From Planctomycetota bacterium (GTDB taxonomy: Bacteria > Planctomycetota > UBA1135 > UBA2386): 64,000 nt of DNA. The notes below the pieces were generated by a model. It was not told the origin of the DNA, made no database searches, and was given only the letters and a program-made list of their open reading frames with translations. Within the stretch, counting starts at the first letter, position 1. Each line of letters opens with the position of its first letter. The stretch is taken from positions 1,920,001 through 1,984,000 of the forward strand of contig OZ245006.1 in assembly GCA_965223545.1 (NCBI GenBank), given 5' to 3'. The translations under genes were made by a program, and so were the position numbers. Positions 9,492 to 18,200 of this stretch are shown here, piece by piece.

Positions 9492-10766
9492 GTGGAGTAC
9501 CAGAATCACGCGTTCCTCCAGCACAGTCCGTCGACGGGAGTACGGCAGCCGAAGAAGGGCGTCCAGGCAAAGGATGTCGACTTGCGTTCGATTCCGCCTG
9601 TCCCGGTGACCAACTTGGATATCGATATAACCGAGGGGTGCAACCTCGCCTGCTCATATTGTTTCAAAGGCGAGTTGGAGGGCAATCACATGTCCCTCGA
9701 AACGCTCAAGCAATGCTACGACTGGCTATCGGCAGCCTCTAGAGGTGCAGAGCAAATCAACTTCAACTTCATGGGTGGCGAGCCCACCATGAGGTGGAAG
9801 GAGATTCGAGCGTTTGTGCCCTGGGCTCGCCGTCGTTCGTTGGCGGAGGGCAAGCTGGCGACGTTTAGCATGACCTCGAACCTGACGTTGTGGACCGACG
9901 AGATACGGGACTTTGTTGACAAGTATGGGTTCGGTATCCTTATGTCGATTGACGGGTGCCCCGACGTTCAGGATGCTCAGCGGCCGGCCAAGAACGGCCG
10001 CCCCATGTCGGAGACGGTCGAGCGCTGGGCCAAGTCGTTGTTGAGGACGCGCCAACGGTCGACAGCGCGGATGACCTTGTCGCCACACTACGTAGGCCGA
10101 TTCAGAGAGAGCGTAGCATACTTAGTAGAAATTGGCTTTTCGGAGGTCACCGTCGGGACGGCGGACTACGGGTCATGGTCCATGTTGGACCTAGCGACTT
10201 TTCGAGAGCAGTTGGCCGGAATCGTGGAGGACATCGGCCAGTCGTATACAGGCGCAAAGCCCTTTCAGATGACGGTTCTGAAATACCTGGTTGACCATGT
10301 AGTTCGGCACCGAAGAGAAGGGAAGCCGGAGCGTATTGAGCGGCGAGATAGCCCATGTGGTGCCGGGAAGGGGTATCTGATGGTCGACCACACTGGCGAC
10401 ATCTGGCCCTGCCACCGCTTCGATGGTGCTGACCAGGATGTAGGGGCTGAGGGGTCCATGCGAATGGGCAACATCTACCAGCCCGGGTTTCATACGAGTC
10501 TACAGCAGGCGTTCTTGGAGTTTGACCACTCCAAGAAGAGGAAAGAGTCGTGTGATACATGTCCGGTCGACCCGGTCTGTGGCGGATTCTGCCCCGCGGC
10601 GAATCTCCAAGACTCAGGCAACATCTACACGCCGCATGACGGTTACTGCGTGCTATCGCAGGGCTTCTACCGGGCAGCTGACCATCTCTACTCCCTAGCA
10701 GCGGGCGGTGGGTTCTTGGACAGATTGTTGAAGGATTGCGAGGGGACAGACAGCGATGGACGCTAG
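9492..10766 (+). CDS. Radical SAM/SPASM domain peptide or protein maturase
   Basis: CNLACSYC, GGEP, SIDG; SPASM cysteines CGAG...WPCHRF...CDTCPVDPVCGGFC...YC. GTG 9492 follows a purine-rich AAGGGAAGA. Confidence 0.95.
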   Translation: MEYQNHAFLQHSPSTGVRQPKKGVQAKDVDLRSIPPVPVTNLDIDITEGCNLACSYCFKGELEGNHMSLETLKQCYDWLSAASRGAEQINFNFMGGEPTMRWKEIRAFVPWARRRSLAEGKLATFSMTSNLTLWTDEIRDFVDKYGFGILMSIDGCPDVQDAQRPAKNGRPMSETVERWAKSLLRTRQRSTARMTLSPHYVGRFRESVAYLVEIGFSEVTVGTADYGSWSMLDLATFREQLAGIVEDIGQSYTGAKPFQMTVLKYLVDHVVRHRREGKPERIERRDSPCGAGKGYLMVDHTGDIWPCHRFDGADQDVGAEGSMRMGNIYQPGFHTSLQQAFLEFDHSKKRKESCDTCPVDPVCGGFCPAANLQDSGNIYTPHDGYCVLSQGFYRAADHLYSLAAGGGFLDRLLKDCEGTDSDGR

Positions 10767-11679
10767 CGCAGCGGAGCGGGAGTTGCGTGGCCCTTACGGC
10801 GTGCTCACCCAGGAACGCGATGGGCTAGTGGTTCGAAGGCGGCCGCGGCCCGTGCTACCGAAGACTTGGGTCGGTGTGGTCGACGCGTCCGGTTCCGACG
10901 CGGTCCAACTCGCGAAGGAGTGGGAGTCGCGCGCGTTACGACCGATGTCTAGCGTTGCGTTAGAGGTGACTTGTCATGACAAGCAGGACCTCGAGAGGTT
11001 GCCCGAACTCTTGCAAGGGGTCGCGGGGGTCGTGGTGTCAGTCCCGGCGATTTGGTTGGTTGAGCCATCAGCTGAAGAGTGGCAGTTCGCGGAATCGGTG
11101 CAACGGCTGCGAATAGTGGATGAGGGCCTGGAAGGCAACGACCTACTGAGAGCCGGGGAACGCTACGCGGGCCTGGAGGCTGAGGGCTTGCTGGTGGAGG
11201 TAGAATTGCGCCATGATTACCCCTCGGATTTGCTCAGCCGCGTAGAGTTCTGGTCGACTGCGGGGAGAGCCAGCCCCGTGCATCTGAGTGCAGTCGGAGA
11301 TGGCGGTATGAGCCAGGATGACCGTGTCGAAGAGTATTTGAGGGCTGGTGCACTCTTGGGGAACGCCGTCTTGCGGAGTGAGCCGTTCAGGAGCATACTG
11401 GCTCCGATGTTGGAGGAGCGGGAGTATCTGCATGCGGCTCCAGCGTCGGCAGCGCGCTGGACGCTCCGCAGGGAGCGCTGTCCAGCCTGTCCGTGGCGGG
11501 CGTTCTGTCTCGTCACACGGGTTGGACCAATGTTGGTGGACCAAGATGTCGCGATGGAGTGTGCTTTGCGGAAGGCCGTCTTGGCGTCCTGCTTGACCGC
11601 GCGCGCCGCCGAAGGCGAACGAGAACGCAGCGCCAGTGCAAGGAGTTCAGAGAAATGGCGAGACTACTTGCTGGTCTAG
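10756..11679 (+). CDS. Hypothetical protein with partial SPASM-like Cys cluster (possible degenerate rSAM partner)
   Basis: Overlaps the rSAM stop by 11 nt. C-terminal CPACPWRAFC-x17-C; no CxxxCxxC motif. Confidence 0.65.
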   Translation: MDASAAERELRGPYGVLTQERDGLVVRRRPRPVLPKTWVGVVDASGSDAVQLAKEWESRALRPMSSVALEVTCHDKQDLERLPELLQGVAGVVVSVPAIWLVEPSAEEWQFAESVQRLRIVDEGLEGNDLLRAGERYAGLEAEGLLVEVELRHDYPSDLLSRVEFWSTAGRASPVHLSAVGDGGMSQDDRVEEYLRAGALLGNAVLRSEPFRSILAPMLEEREYLHAAPASAARWTLRRERCPACPWRAFCLVTRVGPMLVDQDVAMECALRKAVLASCLTARAAEGERERSASARSSEKWRDYLLV

Positions 11680-12893
11680 CCCTGCTGGTTGCTGGTCTAG
11701 CCCTGCTGGCAGTCATTTGGCTCGCTGCAGAGGCGTCGACCGGGCTGAGGCCCCCTGACGGTGGCCCGGCCAACAAGTCGGACAGTGTGCTCGTCCGTGA
11801 TTCGGAGCGAGTGACATCGAGGTTGCGCATCGAAGCACCAGCGCCCACGCTGAGTGTGCTCGCTCAAGATGGTCGCTTGGTAGAGGGGGCGGAGGTCGTG
11901 GTCGCAGGAGCGCGCGGCCAGGAGGTGAAGGGGAGGCGGTACGTTATTGGAGCGGAGGTCGGCGATACTGCACCCGTTGACATAGTTGCTCGAGGCTTTT
12001 GGCCTTGGAGTCGGGAGCTGCGTATCGAGCAGGAGAACACTGTCCGCTTGACACCAAGGAACTGGTTAGAGCTGTGTGTGGTCGATGCTGTTTCGACGGT
12101 CCCTGTGCCTACGTTTGAAGTGCTACCGACAGATGTTGTTGTGAAGCAAGAACACCCACAGGTCGGTTGCGTGTGGTTGCGTGCGAGTGGTCGCGGCGGG
12201 TTTGCGGTGGGCGTCGCCGCACCAGGATACCCATTCCAGGAGGTCTGGGTCAAGGGCCACAACAGGAGAGCGGTGGTGGAGCTCCTGGCATCCTGTTCGT
12301 TGGCTGGGGTTGTGCGAAGCCGGGATGGCGCTCCGTTGAGCGGTGTTGAGGTGGTGGACCCTAGGCTTGGACTGCGCGGCGAACCACTGGGAGTAACAGC
12401 CGAGGACGGCAGCTTCTCTGTCGAAGTCGCGCCAGTGGATGGCGCTGTGAACCTGCAGCTGCGGAAAGAGGGCTGTGTGCGGTTGGAGTTTCGGCGCCGC
12501 GGCGCTCCGGGTGGGAGGCAATGGTGTGGCGAGGTGGAGGTCCCCGAGGCCGCAATAGTGTTTGGTGTGGTGACGGGCGCGGACGGTCATCCTGTCGTGG
12601 GCGCGGGAATCGTTGTTGCACAAGGTTCCTTGATTAGGAGCGGTGTGCGCGGGCTGACAACACACGAGAAAAGGTGTCGTAAGCGGCTCCCGCGGGGCTG
12701 GCGCGTCGTCAGAGACGTTGAGCGACTTTTGGCCGTTACAAGCAAGGACGGCAGTTACCGGGTCGACGGAGTCGTGCCCGGGACGGTGCGGCAGAGGGTC
12801 TGGGTGACCGCTGGCGACAAAACTGTTGGAAAGACGATACCGGAAGTTGCCACTGGCGGCGCACGGTATCAGTGTGACATTTCGTTGCGGTAG
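11655..12893 (+). CDS. Membrane-anchored carboxypeptidase-regulatory-like domain protein
   Basis: ATG 11655 after AAGGAG. N-terminal TM helix; GVVRSRDGAPLSGVEV, GVVTGADGHPVVGA and TSKDGSYRVDGV motifs. Confidence 0.75.
   Translation: MARLLAGLALLVAGLALLAVIWLAAEASTGLRPPDGGPANKSDSVLVRDSERVTSRLRIEAPAPTLSVLAQDGRLVEGAEVVVAGARGQEVKGRRYVIGAEVGDTAPVDIVARGFWPWSRELRIEQENTVRLTPRNWLELCVVDAVSTVPVPTFEVLPTDVVVKQEHPQVGCVWLRASGRGGFAVGVAAPGYPFQEVWVKGHNRRAVVELLASCSLAGVVRSRDGAPLSGVEVVDPRLGLRGEPLGVTAEDGSFSVEVAPVDGAVNLQLRKEGCVRLEFRRRGAPGGRQWCGEVEVPEAAIVFGVVTGADGHPVVGAGIVVAQGSLIRSGVRGLTTHEKRCRKRLPRGWRVVRDVERLLAVTSKDGSYRVDGVVPGTVRQRVWVTAGDKTVGKTIPEVATGGARYQCDISLR
11668..11709 (+). repeat. Perfect 21-bp tandem duplication in the TM-coding segment
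   Basis: ttgctggtctagccctgctgg x2, in frame (LAGLALL/VAGLALL). Confidence 0.95.
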
Positions 12894-12906
12894 AGGAGTC
12901 TGGCAG

Positions 12907-13590
12907 ATGAATCAGGAAGAACTGGTCGAGGCTGTGACCGAACTGGTAACCCGCCGAACGGCGATGCGGACGGCAGTCATGGGGCTGGCCGCAGTGTTGG
13001 GGCGGGCGGCGAGTGCTGCCGTTCCGACGTCGTCATCCACATTCTCTACAGAATGCACGGGGGCCAACACGTGTAGCGCCACACAGCCCAACGAATGCGT
13101 GAGCGGCGAGAACAACACTTGCTCAGGTGTCAACACCTGCACCAGCTATAACACCTGTGAAGGTGCTGGGACGACGAACGACTGCTCGAGCGACAACACG
13201 TGCACCAACAGCAACTGGTGCGACCTAGGAGCTAGCAACAACTGCGAGGTTCAGACTTCGGGCAATTCGTGTTCGACGACCGGGGACGTTGGCTCGTCCA
13301 ACACCTGCACTCCTGTTCAGGCGCAGAACAACTGCACGCCTGGAATTGGCGACGATACAGGTAACGGGTGCACGGGAGCAATGAGCAACAAGTGCTCCGC
13401 TGGCTCGAGCAACAACTGCCAGAGCATAGGTTCCGGTCGGAACGAGTGTTCCGGGGGCTCGGAATCGAACACGTGTGTTGGTATCGGTGCGAACAACAAT
13501 TGTGAGTCAGCGTCGACCAATACATGTGGGACCGGTGGCTCGCAGATGAACACTTGCTTGAAAAGCGCGTCGAACACCGTTGGGCCGTAA
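12907..13590 (+). CDS. Twin-arginine signal, Cys/Asn/Ser/Thr/Gly-rich N-x-C repeat protein; putative rSAM substrate
   Basis: GAGGAG 8 nt before ATG 12907. TRRTAM + hydrophobic region + ASA cleavage-like site. 21 Cys, 20 of them in N-x-C. Confidence 0.85.
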   Translation: MNQEELVEAVTELVTRRTAMRTAVMGLAAVLGRAASAAVPTSSSTFSTECTGANTCSATQPNECVSGENNTCSGVNTCTSYNTCEGAGTTNDCSSDNTCTNSNWCDLGASNNCEVQTSGNSCSTTGDVGSSNTCTPVQAQNNCTPGIGDDTGNGCTGAMSNKCSAGSSNNCQSIGSGRNECSGGSESNTCVGIGANNNCESASTNTCGTGGSQMNTCLKSASNTVGP

Positions 13591-13609
13591 GGTCATGCAA
13601 ACCTTCTGC

Positions 13610-14170
13610 TAGTGGGGCTGGTCAGAAATTCGCATCATAGATATCCAGCTACTTGGCAGCGATGTCGTCGCAGTAACGCTGGAGAGATCGCAGGATCTGG
13701 TCTGCTGTCTTGGACCATACGTACGGGGAGGGATCGTCGTTGTGCTCATCGAGGAAGCTGCGGATGTCTTGTTCGAGGGCACGGGTCGAGCGGTGCACGC
13801 CTCGCTTGAGCTTTCGGCGAGAGAGCAGTGAGAAGAAGCTCTCCGCCACGTTCAACCAAGAAGACTTGGTTGGCGTGAAGTGAAGTTGGAATCGAGGGTG
13901 CCGCAGCAACCAACGTTTCACATCGGCAGTCTTGTGTCTTGTGTGTCGCGTAGTTGTCCAAGATGACGTGGATGTCCAGGTGCGCGGGCACGTTGCTGTC
14001 AATTTCGTCGAGGAAGCGAATGAACTCCTTAGCCCGGTGCTTCCTGAAGCACTTCCCGATCACGCGGCCCGTCGCCACGTCGAGTGCTGCGAACAGAGTC
14101 GTCGTACCATGTCGGATGTAGCGGTCGGTTTGCCGAGCATTGACTGTGGGTCGCATCGGCAAGAGCGGCT
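13610..14170 (-). pseudogene. IS630-family transposase remnant (C-terminal part), interrupted by IS66
   Basis: YIRHGTTTLFAALDVATG, ILDNYATHK, HFTPTKSSWLN motifs. 7-bp duplication frameshift at 13929-13942; CTAG at 13609-13612 as likely end. DRAQPL continues at about 16663-16680 beyond the IS66. Confidence 0.9.
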
Positions 14171-14291
14171 GTAACTGTTCCGGCACGCACGTTCTTCGCG
14201 CCGCGCCGAACCGGCGCATGAACAGAGATTTCCGCCACCGGGTGTCGGCACCGGCGCCGGCCACGACGGTGACCGTCCGTAGCTGGCTGGG

Positions 14292-15914
14292 CTACGAGCC
14301 CACGAACAACTGACGCACGATGTTGTCGATCGCGTTGTCGGCTTTGGCGATCTGGGCACGCCGTTGCCGTCCCAGCATCCAGCCACGCGGAGTCAGCTGA
14401 CCGACCTGGGAGGCAGGAGTGGTCGAGATCGCGTGAAGCACATCCCGCAGGTAGAGCAGCGGGCTGATGCCATGCTCTCGACACGACTGGACGAGACTCA
14501 AGAGGATGAGTGAAGCTTGGGTGCCGTCCTCGGATCCGAAGAAGAGCCAGTTCTTCTTGCCGATCACGACTGCACGCAGAGCACGCTCGCAACCGTTGTT
14601 CGAGATCTCGCGGATGCGGCCATCGGTCAGGAAGCGCTCGAGAGCAGGCCACTGGTTGAGCCCGTAGCGAACTCCCTCCATGAGCGGCCCCTTCGGGAGG
14701 CTCGGCTGGTCGATGTGCATCTGCTCGAGCCAAGCCTTGAGCGCGTTCGCAATCGGGCGAGAGTCGCGCTGACGGACCTCGACCAGCTCGTCATCCGTGA
14801 AGGGTCGACCATCTTTGCCCTTCTTGGCGACGCTCTCGATCGCGAACAGCTTGCCGATCCAGCCCAGAGCCTTCTCCGTGGTCGAGTCGCCGAGCTTCCG
14901 CGCATTCACGAAGTAGCGACGAAGGTGTGCCCAGCATCCGATGCGCGCGATGCTGGTTGGATCGAGATCGCTGTAGCAGTCATGGCCATCGCACTGCAAC
15001 CGACCACCGCGGTCGCCCAAGACCTCTTTGGGGCTGCCGCGATTGCGTGAGTCCGTAGCGGTGTAGAAAACCCCGGCGTGTTGATCGCGCCACGCCCACA
15101 CGTGGATCTTTTTCTGTCCGGGGTTTCGGCCGTTGCGCTGGTTGCCGTAGGTGTCGTCCACCTGCAGGACGGAGGTGTCGAGGCTCTCGAGAACTTGCTC
15201 GACATGGGCATCGAACACGGGCTTCAGGAGCTCGGCACAGCGCATCGCCGAAGTGCATAGGACGCTACGCGACAGGCTGAGCCCCTCGGCTGCGTACTTC
15301 TTCTCCAACCGCGCGTACGGCATGTGGTTGGCAAAGCGGTCGAAGATGATCTGCGCAAGGAAGCCGGGGCCGAGGATGCTTTTGTCGAGGACTCGGGTGG
15401 GGCCCGCGGCGACGACGACGTAGCCCTGACAGGTCGCGCAGGAGTACTTCTTCCTCACGATCTGGTGGACGAACGAGAGCTCGATGCGCTCGAGCTCCTG
15501 CGAGACCTCTTCGCCGAACTCCCGACGGCCGTTGCCGCAGCAAGGGCACAGCAGGTCCTCGCCCTCGATCGTGAATACGGAGCGTTGCCGCGGAAGATGC
15601 TCTGGGAAGTCCTTGCGTCGCTTGGTGCGCTTGCGCTTGTGCTCGGGGACGGTGATCTCTTCGGCCTCTTCTTCGGCCGCCTTGGCGTCGGCTCCCGCTT
15701 CCTCTACAGCCTCTTGCGCGAACGGCAGCAGCTGTCGCGGGTCGATGTAGCGGCTCTTCTCCGAGCGGCGACCGAACAGCATGCGCTGAAGGTCGGACAT
15801 CTGCGACTTCAGCGACGAGATCTGCGTGAGCAGATCCGGGATCAAGGCACGTAGCTGCGCCTCATCCAGTGCGTCGACGTTGACCGTTTGCTTGCGACCG
15901 CCCATCGCGACCAT
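14292..15914 (-). CDS. tnpC: IS66 DDE transposase TnpC
   Basis: LFGRRSEK, CPCC/CATC zinc finger, CWAHLRRYF, ISNNGCERALR. Confidence 0.95.
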   Translation of the reverse strand: MVAMGGRKQTVNVDALDEAQLRALIPDLLTQISSLKSQMSDLQRMLFGRRSEKSRYIDPRQLLPFAQEAVEEAGADAKAAEEEAEEITVPEHKRKRTKRRKDFPEHLPRQRSVFTIEGEDLLCPCCGNGRREFGEEVSQELERIELSFVHQIVRKKYSCATCQGYVVVAAGPTRVLDKSILGPGFLAQIIFDRFANHMPYARLEKKYAAEGLSLSRSVLCTSAMRCAELLKPVFDAHVEQVLESLDTSVLQVDDTYGNQRNGRNPGQKKIHVWAWRDQHAGVFYTATDSRNRGSPKEVLGDRGGRLQCDGHDCYSDLDPTSIARIGCWAHLRRYFVNARKLGDSTTEKALGWIGKLFAIESVAKKGKDGRPFTDDELVEVRQRDSRPIANALKAWLEQMHIDQPSLPKGPLMEGVRYGLNQWPALERFLTDGRIREISNNGCERALRAVVIGKKNWLFFGSEDGTQASLILLSLVQSCREHGISPLLYLRDVLHAISTTPASQVGQLTPRGWMLGRQRRAQIAKADNAIDNIVRQLFVGS

Positions 15915-16275
15915 TGATACGAACAGAGCGCGAGTAATGCCGACGAAACTTGGCGGATTTCAGATCAATCCCTTCGAGCAACATCACGAGCTGTGCGCGC
16001 TCGACTTCGACATGTGTGGCGTCGCCGCTCTTGGGACGCCAACTGTCAAACGTGCCGCGCTCGAGTCGCTTCATCGAGATCCAGAAACCGTTGCGATCCC
16101 AGAACAAGATCTTCACGCGATCGCGACGCCGGTTGAAGAACGCGAAGACGTCGCCATCGAACGGATCCCGATGAAAGCTGTGCTGGACGATCGCGCTCAG
16201 CCCGTCGAACGACTTCCTCATGTCGGTTGGCTCGTTGGCGACGTACACGCGCACGCCCGCTGGGAAGGCCAGCAT
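15862..16275 (-). CDS. tnpB: IS66 accessory protein TnpB
   Basis: TDMRKSFDGL, FFNRRRDRVKILFWDRNGF, KRLERGTF. Confidence 0.95.
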   Translation of the reverse strand: MLAFPAGVRVYVANEPTDMRKSFDGLSAIVQHSFHRDPFDGDVFAFFNRRRDRVKILFWDRNGFWISMKRLERGTFDSWRPKSGDATHVEVERAQLVMLLEGIDLKSAKFRRHYSRSVRINGRDGRSQANGQRRRTG

Positions 16276-16613
16276 CAGTCGGCCACAGAGTCCAGCAAGC
16301 GGTACGCGATGTCTTGAGCAATCGCGCCCTCGAACTCCGCGACGACGCCCGCCGGGAACCTGAGCCGCACAAGGCTCGAGCTCTCGCCCTCGTCGTTACT
16401 CGTCCGGCCCCGACCATCGCGATCGACGACTCGGACCTCCGCGAACCCAGTGCTCTCCTCCGATCGCAACCGATGCGACCACCAACTCAGCGTCCCGATC
16501 GGGATACCGAACCGCTCCGAGAGCGCACGCAGCGAAAACCCTTCCTGCTCGCGGAGCGCGAGAACCTGCCGGATCTCACGGCGACGACTTGCTCGCTTCG
16601 ACATGGCCGCCAT
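16275..16613 (-). CDS. tnpA: IS66 accessory protein TnpA (HTH)
   Basis: HTH-like SLRALSERFGIPIGTLSWW; position upstream of tnpB inside the IRs. Confidence 0.85.
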   Translation of the reverse strand: MAAMSKRASRRREIRQVLALREQEGFSLRALSERFGIPIGTLSWWSHRLRSEESTGFAEVRVVDRDGRGRTSNDEGESSSLVRLRFPAGVVAEFEGAIAQDIAYRLLDSVAD

Positions 16614-16785
16614 CGTGGCGAACGACTCGAGCGTTTGCAGACGTGGTTGCCGGAACAGTTACGAGCGGCTGCGCTCGATCCCGCACCAACGGCCTTCTAG
16701 GCCCAGAACCAGAGTTCGTGTCACCAGCGTAAGCGTCCGGTGAAGGCATCTCGAAAGCCGCTGGCGGATCGGCAGGATGCGGCGG

Positions 16786-17121
16786 ATGACGAAGAGAATC
16801 CCCGTGTGGGCTCGAGCGGAGATGCGCGAGCTGCTTCAAGAGCTGGACACCTCAGGCGTGACGTTCGCCGAGTTCGCGCGCCGGCGTGGTGTCAACGCAA
16901 ACCGCATCTACTGGGCGAGGCGGCAAGCCCGAGCTGCGGCGGCGCCGACCTCCGCGCAGGCGATGTCGGACTTCGGGGAGCTGGTGGTCGCCGCAGACCC
17001 GTCTCCGCGACGAGCAGCGGCCATTGAGTTTCGGGTGCCGTCGGGCGCGGTTGTCGATGTGCAGCGCGACTTCGACGAAGCGACGCTCCGACGGCTGCTC
17101 GGAGTCCTGCTGTCATGCTGA
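16786..17121 (+). CDS. tnpA: IS66 TnpA
   Basis: SGVTFAEFARRRGVNANRIYW HTH; DEATLRRLL C-terminus; overlaps tnpB start. Confidence 0.85.
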   Translation: MTKRIPVWARAEMRELLQELDTSGVTFAEFARRRGVNANRIYWARRQARAAAAPTSAQAMSDFGELVVAADPSPRRAAAIEFRVPSGAVVDVQRDFDEATLRRLLGVLLSC

Positions 17122-17477
17122 GCTTTCCGCCCTCGCCGCTAGTCAAGATCTTCGTTTGCCGGAAGCCGGTGGACATGAGGAAGAGCTTCAGCGGTCTGTC
17201 GGGTGCGGTCATCGACGTGGTCGACCACGACCCGCAATCTGGTCACCTCTTCCTCTTCTTCAACAAGCGCCGGACCATGATGAAGGCACTGGTGTGGGAG
17301 CCGTCTGGTTACTGGGTGCTGGCGAAGCGACTTACGAGCGGCCGCTTTCAGGTCTTCGATCGCTCGGCTGAGAACAGCAGCCGATTCGAGATTGCGAGTA
17401 GCGATCTCGCGCTCTTGTTGGACGGCATCGACCTCCGTGGCGCGCGCCGCAGAGAAGTTCGCGATCAGGTGCTGTAA
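17115..17477 (+). CDS. tnpB: IS66 TnpB
   Basis: VDMRKSFSGL, FLFFNKRR, LLLDGIDL. Confidence 0.93.
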   Translation: MLSFPPSPLVKIFVCRKPVDMRKSFSGLSGAVIDVVDHDPQSGHLFLFFNKRRTMMKALVWEPSGYWVLAKRLTSGRFQVFDRSAENSSRFEIASSDLALLLDGIDLRGARRREVRDQVL

Positions 17478-17525
17478 CGACTGGCCGCGACTTGATCCGT
17501 CTCCGGTTTGTGTTAATCAGAGGGA

Positions 17526-18200
17526 GTGACGCCGCTCACGGACCTCGACGAAGCCAACTCGACGATCGTCAAGCTGCGCGCCGAGATCGAGCGCCTTCGC
17601 GAGCAGCTCGAACTGATGAAGCAGCGCACGTTCGGACGGCGCCGCGAGCACATCGATCCGAACCAACTGCTGCTGTTCGAGGCCGGCGTCGCGCAGCTCG
17701 AAGAGCTGCAGAAGCAGGCGCAGGAAGCGGAGCAGTCGAGCGAACTCGCGAAGCCTGACCCGAAGAAGAAGCGGAAGCGCGGTCACGGTCGCGGTCAGTT
17801 CGCCGAGCACCTGGATCGGCATGTCGTCGAGGTCGACGTGCCGGAAGCGGAGCGCTGCTGCCCCGAGTGCGGCGAGGCCATGCACTGCATCGGAACTGAC
17901 GTCACCGAGCGTGGCCACATCATCCCAGCGCGGTTGGTCGTGAAGCGCTACGTGCGCAACAAGTACGCGTGCCCGCACGGGCACAGGATGAAGATGGCGT
18001 CGATGCCTGCCGGCGTCGTCGAGAAGGCGAAGTACGAGCCCTCCGTCTACGCGCATCTCGTCACAGCGAAGTACGGCGACCACCTGCCGCTGAACCGCCT
18101 GCAGGGGATCTTCCGCCGCTTCGGGGCGCACGTCCCGAAGTAGACCATGTGGGACATGCTGGCGCGCTTCGACGAGATCGCGGCGCGTCCGATCCTGGCC
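17526..18200 (+). pseudogene. tnpC: Truncated IS66 TnpC (coiled coil and zinc finger only)
   Basis: FGRRREH, CCPEC, KYGDHLPLNRL, then TAG at 18141-18143; catalytic domain missing before the right IR. Confidence 0.9.

Larger units (their letters stand above)
14171..16662 (-). mobile_element. IS66-family element, apparently complete (2492 bp)
   Basis: Terminal IR GTAACTGTTCCGGCA (15 bp perfect); 8-bp TSD GAGCGGCT at 14163-14170 and 16663-16670; tnpA-tnpB-tnpC. Confidence 0.97.

Noticed and set aside
13040..13590. Recurring aacacctgc/aacaactgc as a CRISPR array or DNA repeat
   Set aside because: Units are about 9 nt, degenerate at third positions and always in one reading frame; the protein N-x-C motif explains them.
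15862..17477. tnpB genes as RNA-guided TnpB nucleases
   Set aside because: These are 120-137-aa IS66 accessory proteins (DMRKSF motif) with no RuvC or zinc finger; only the name is shared.
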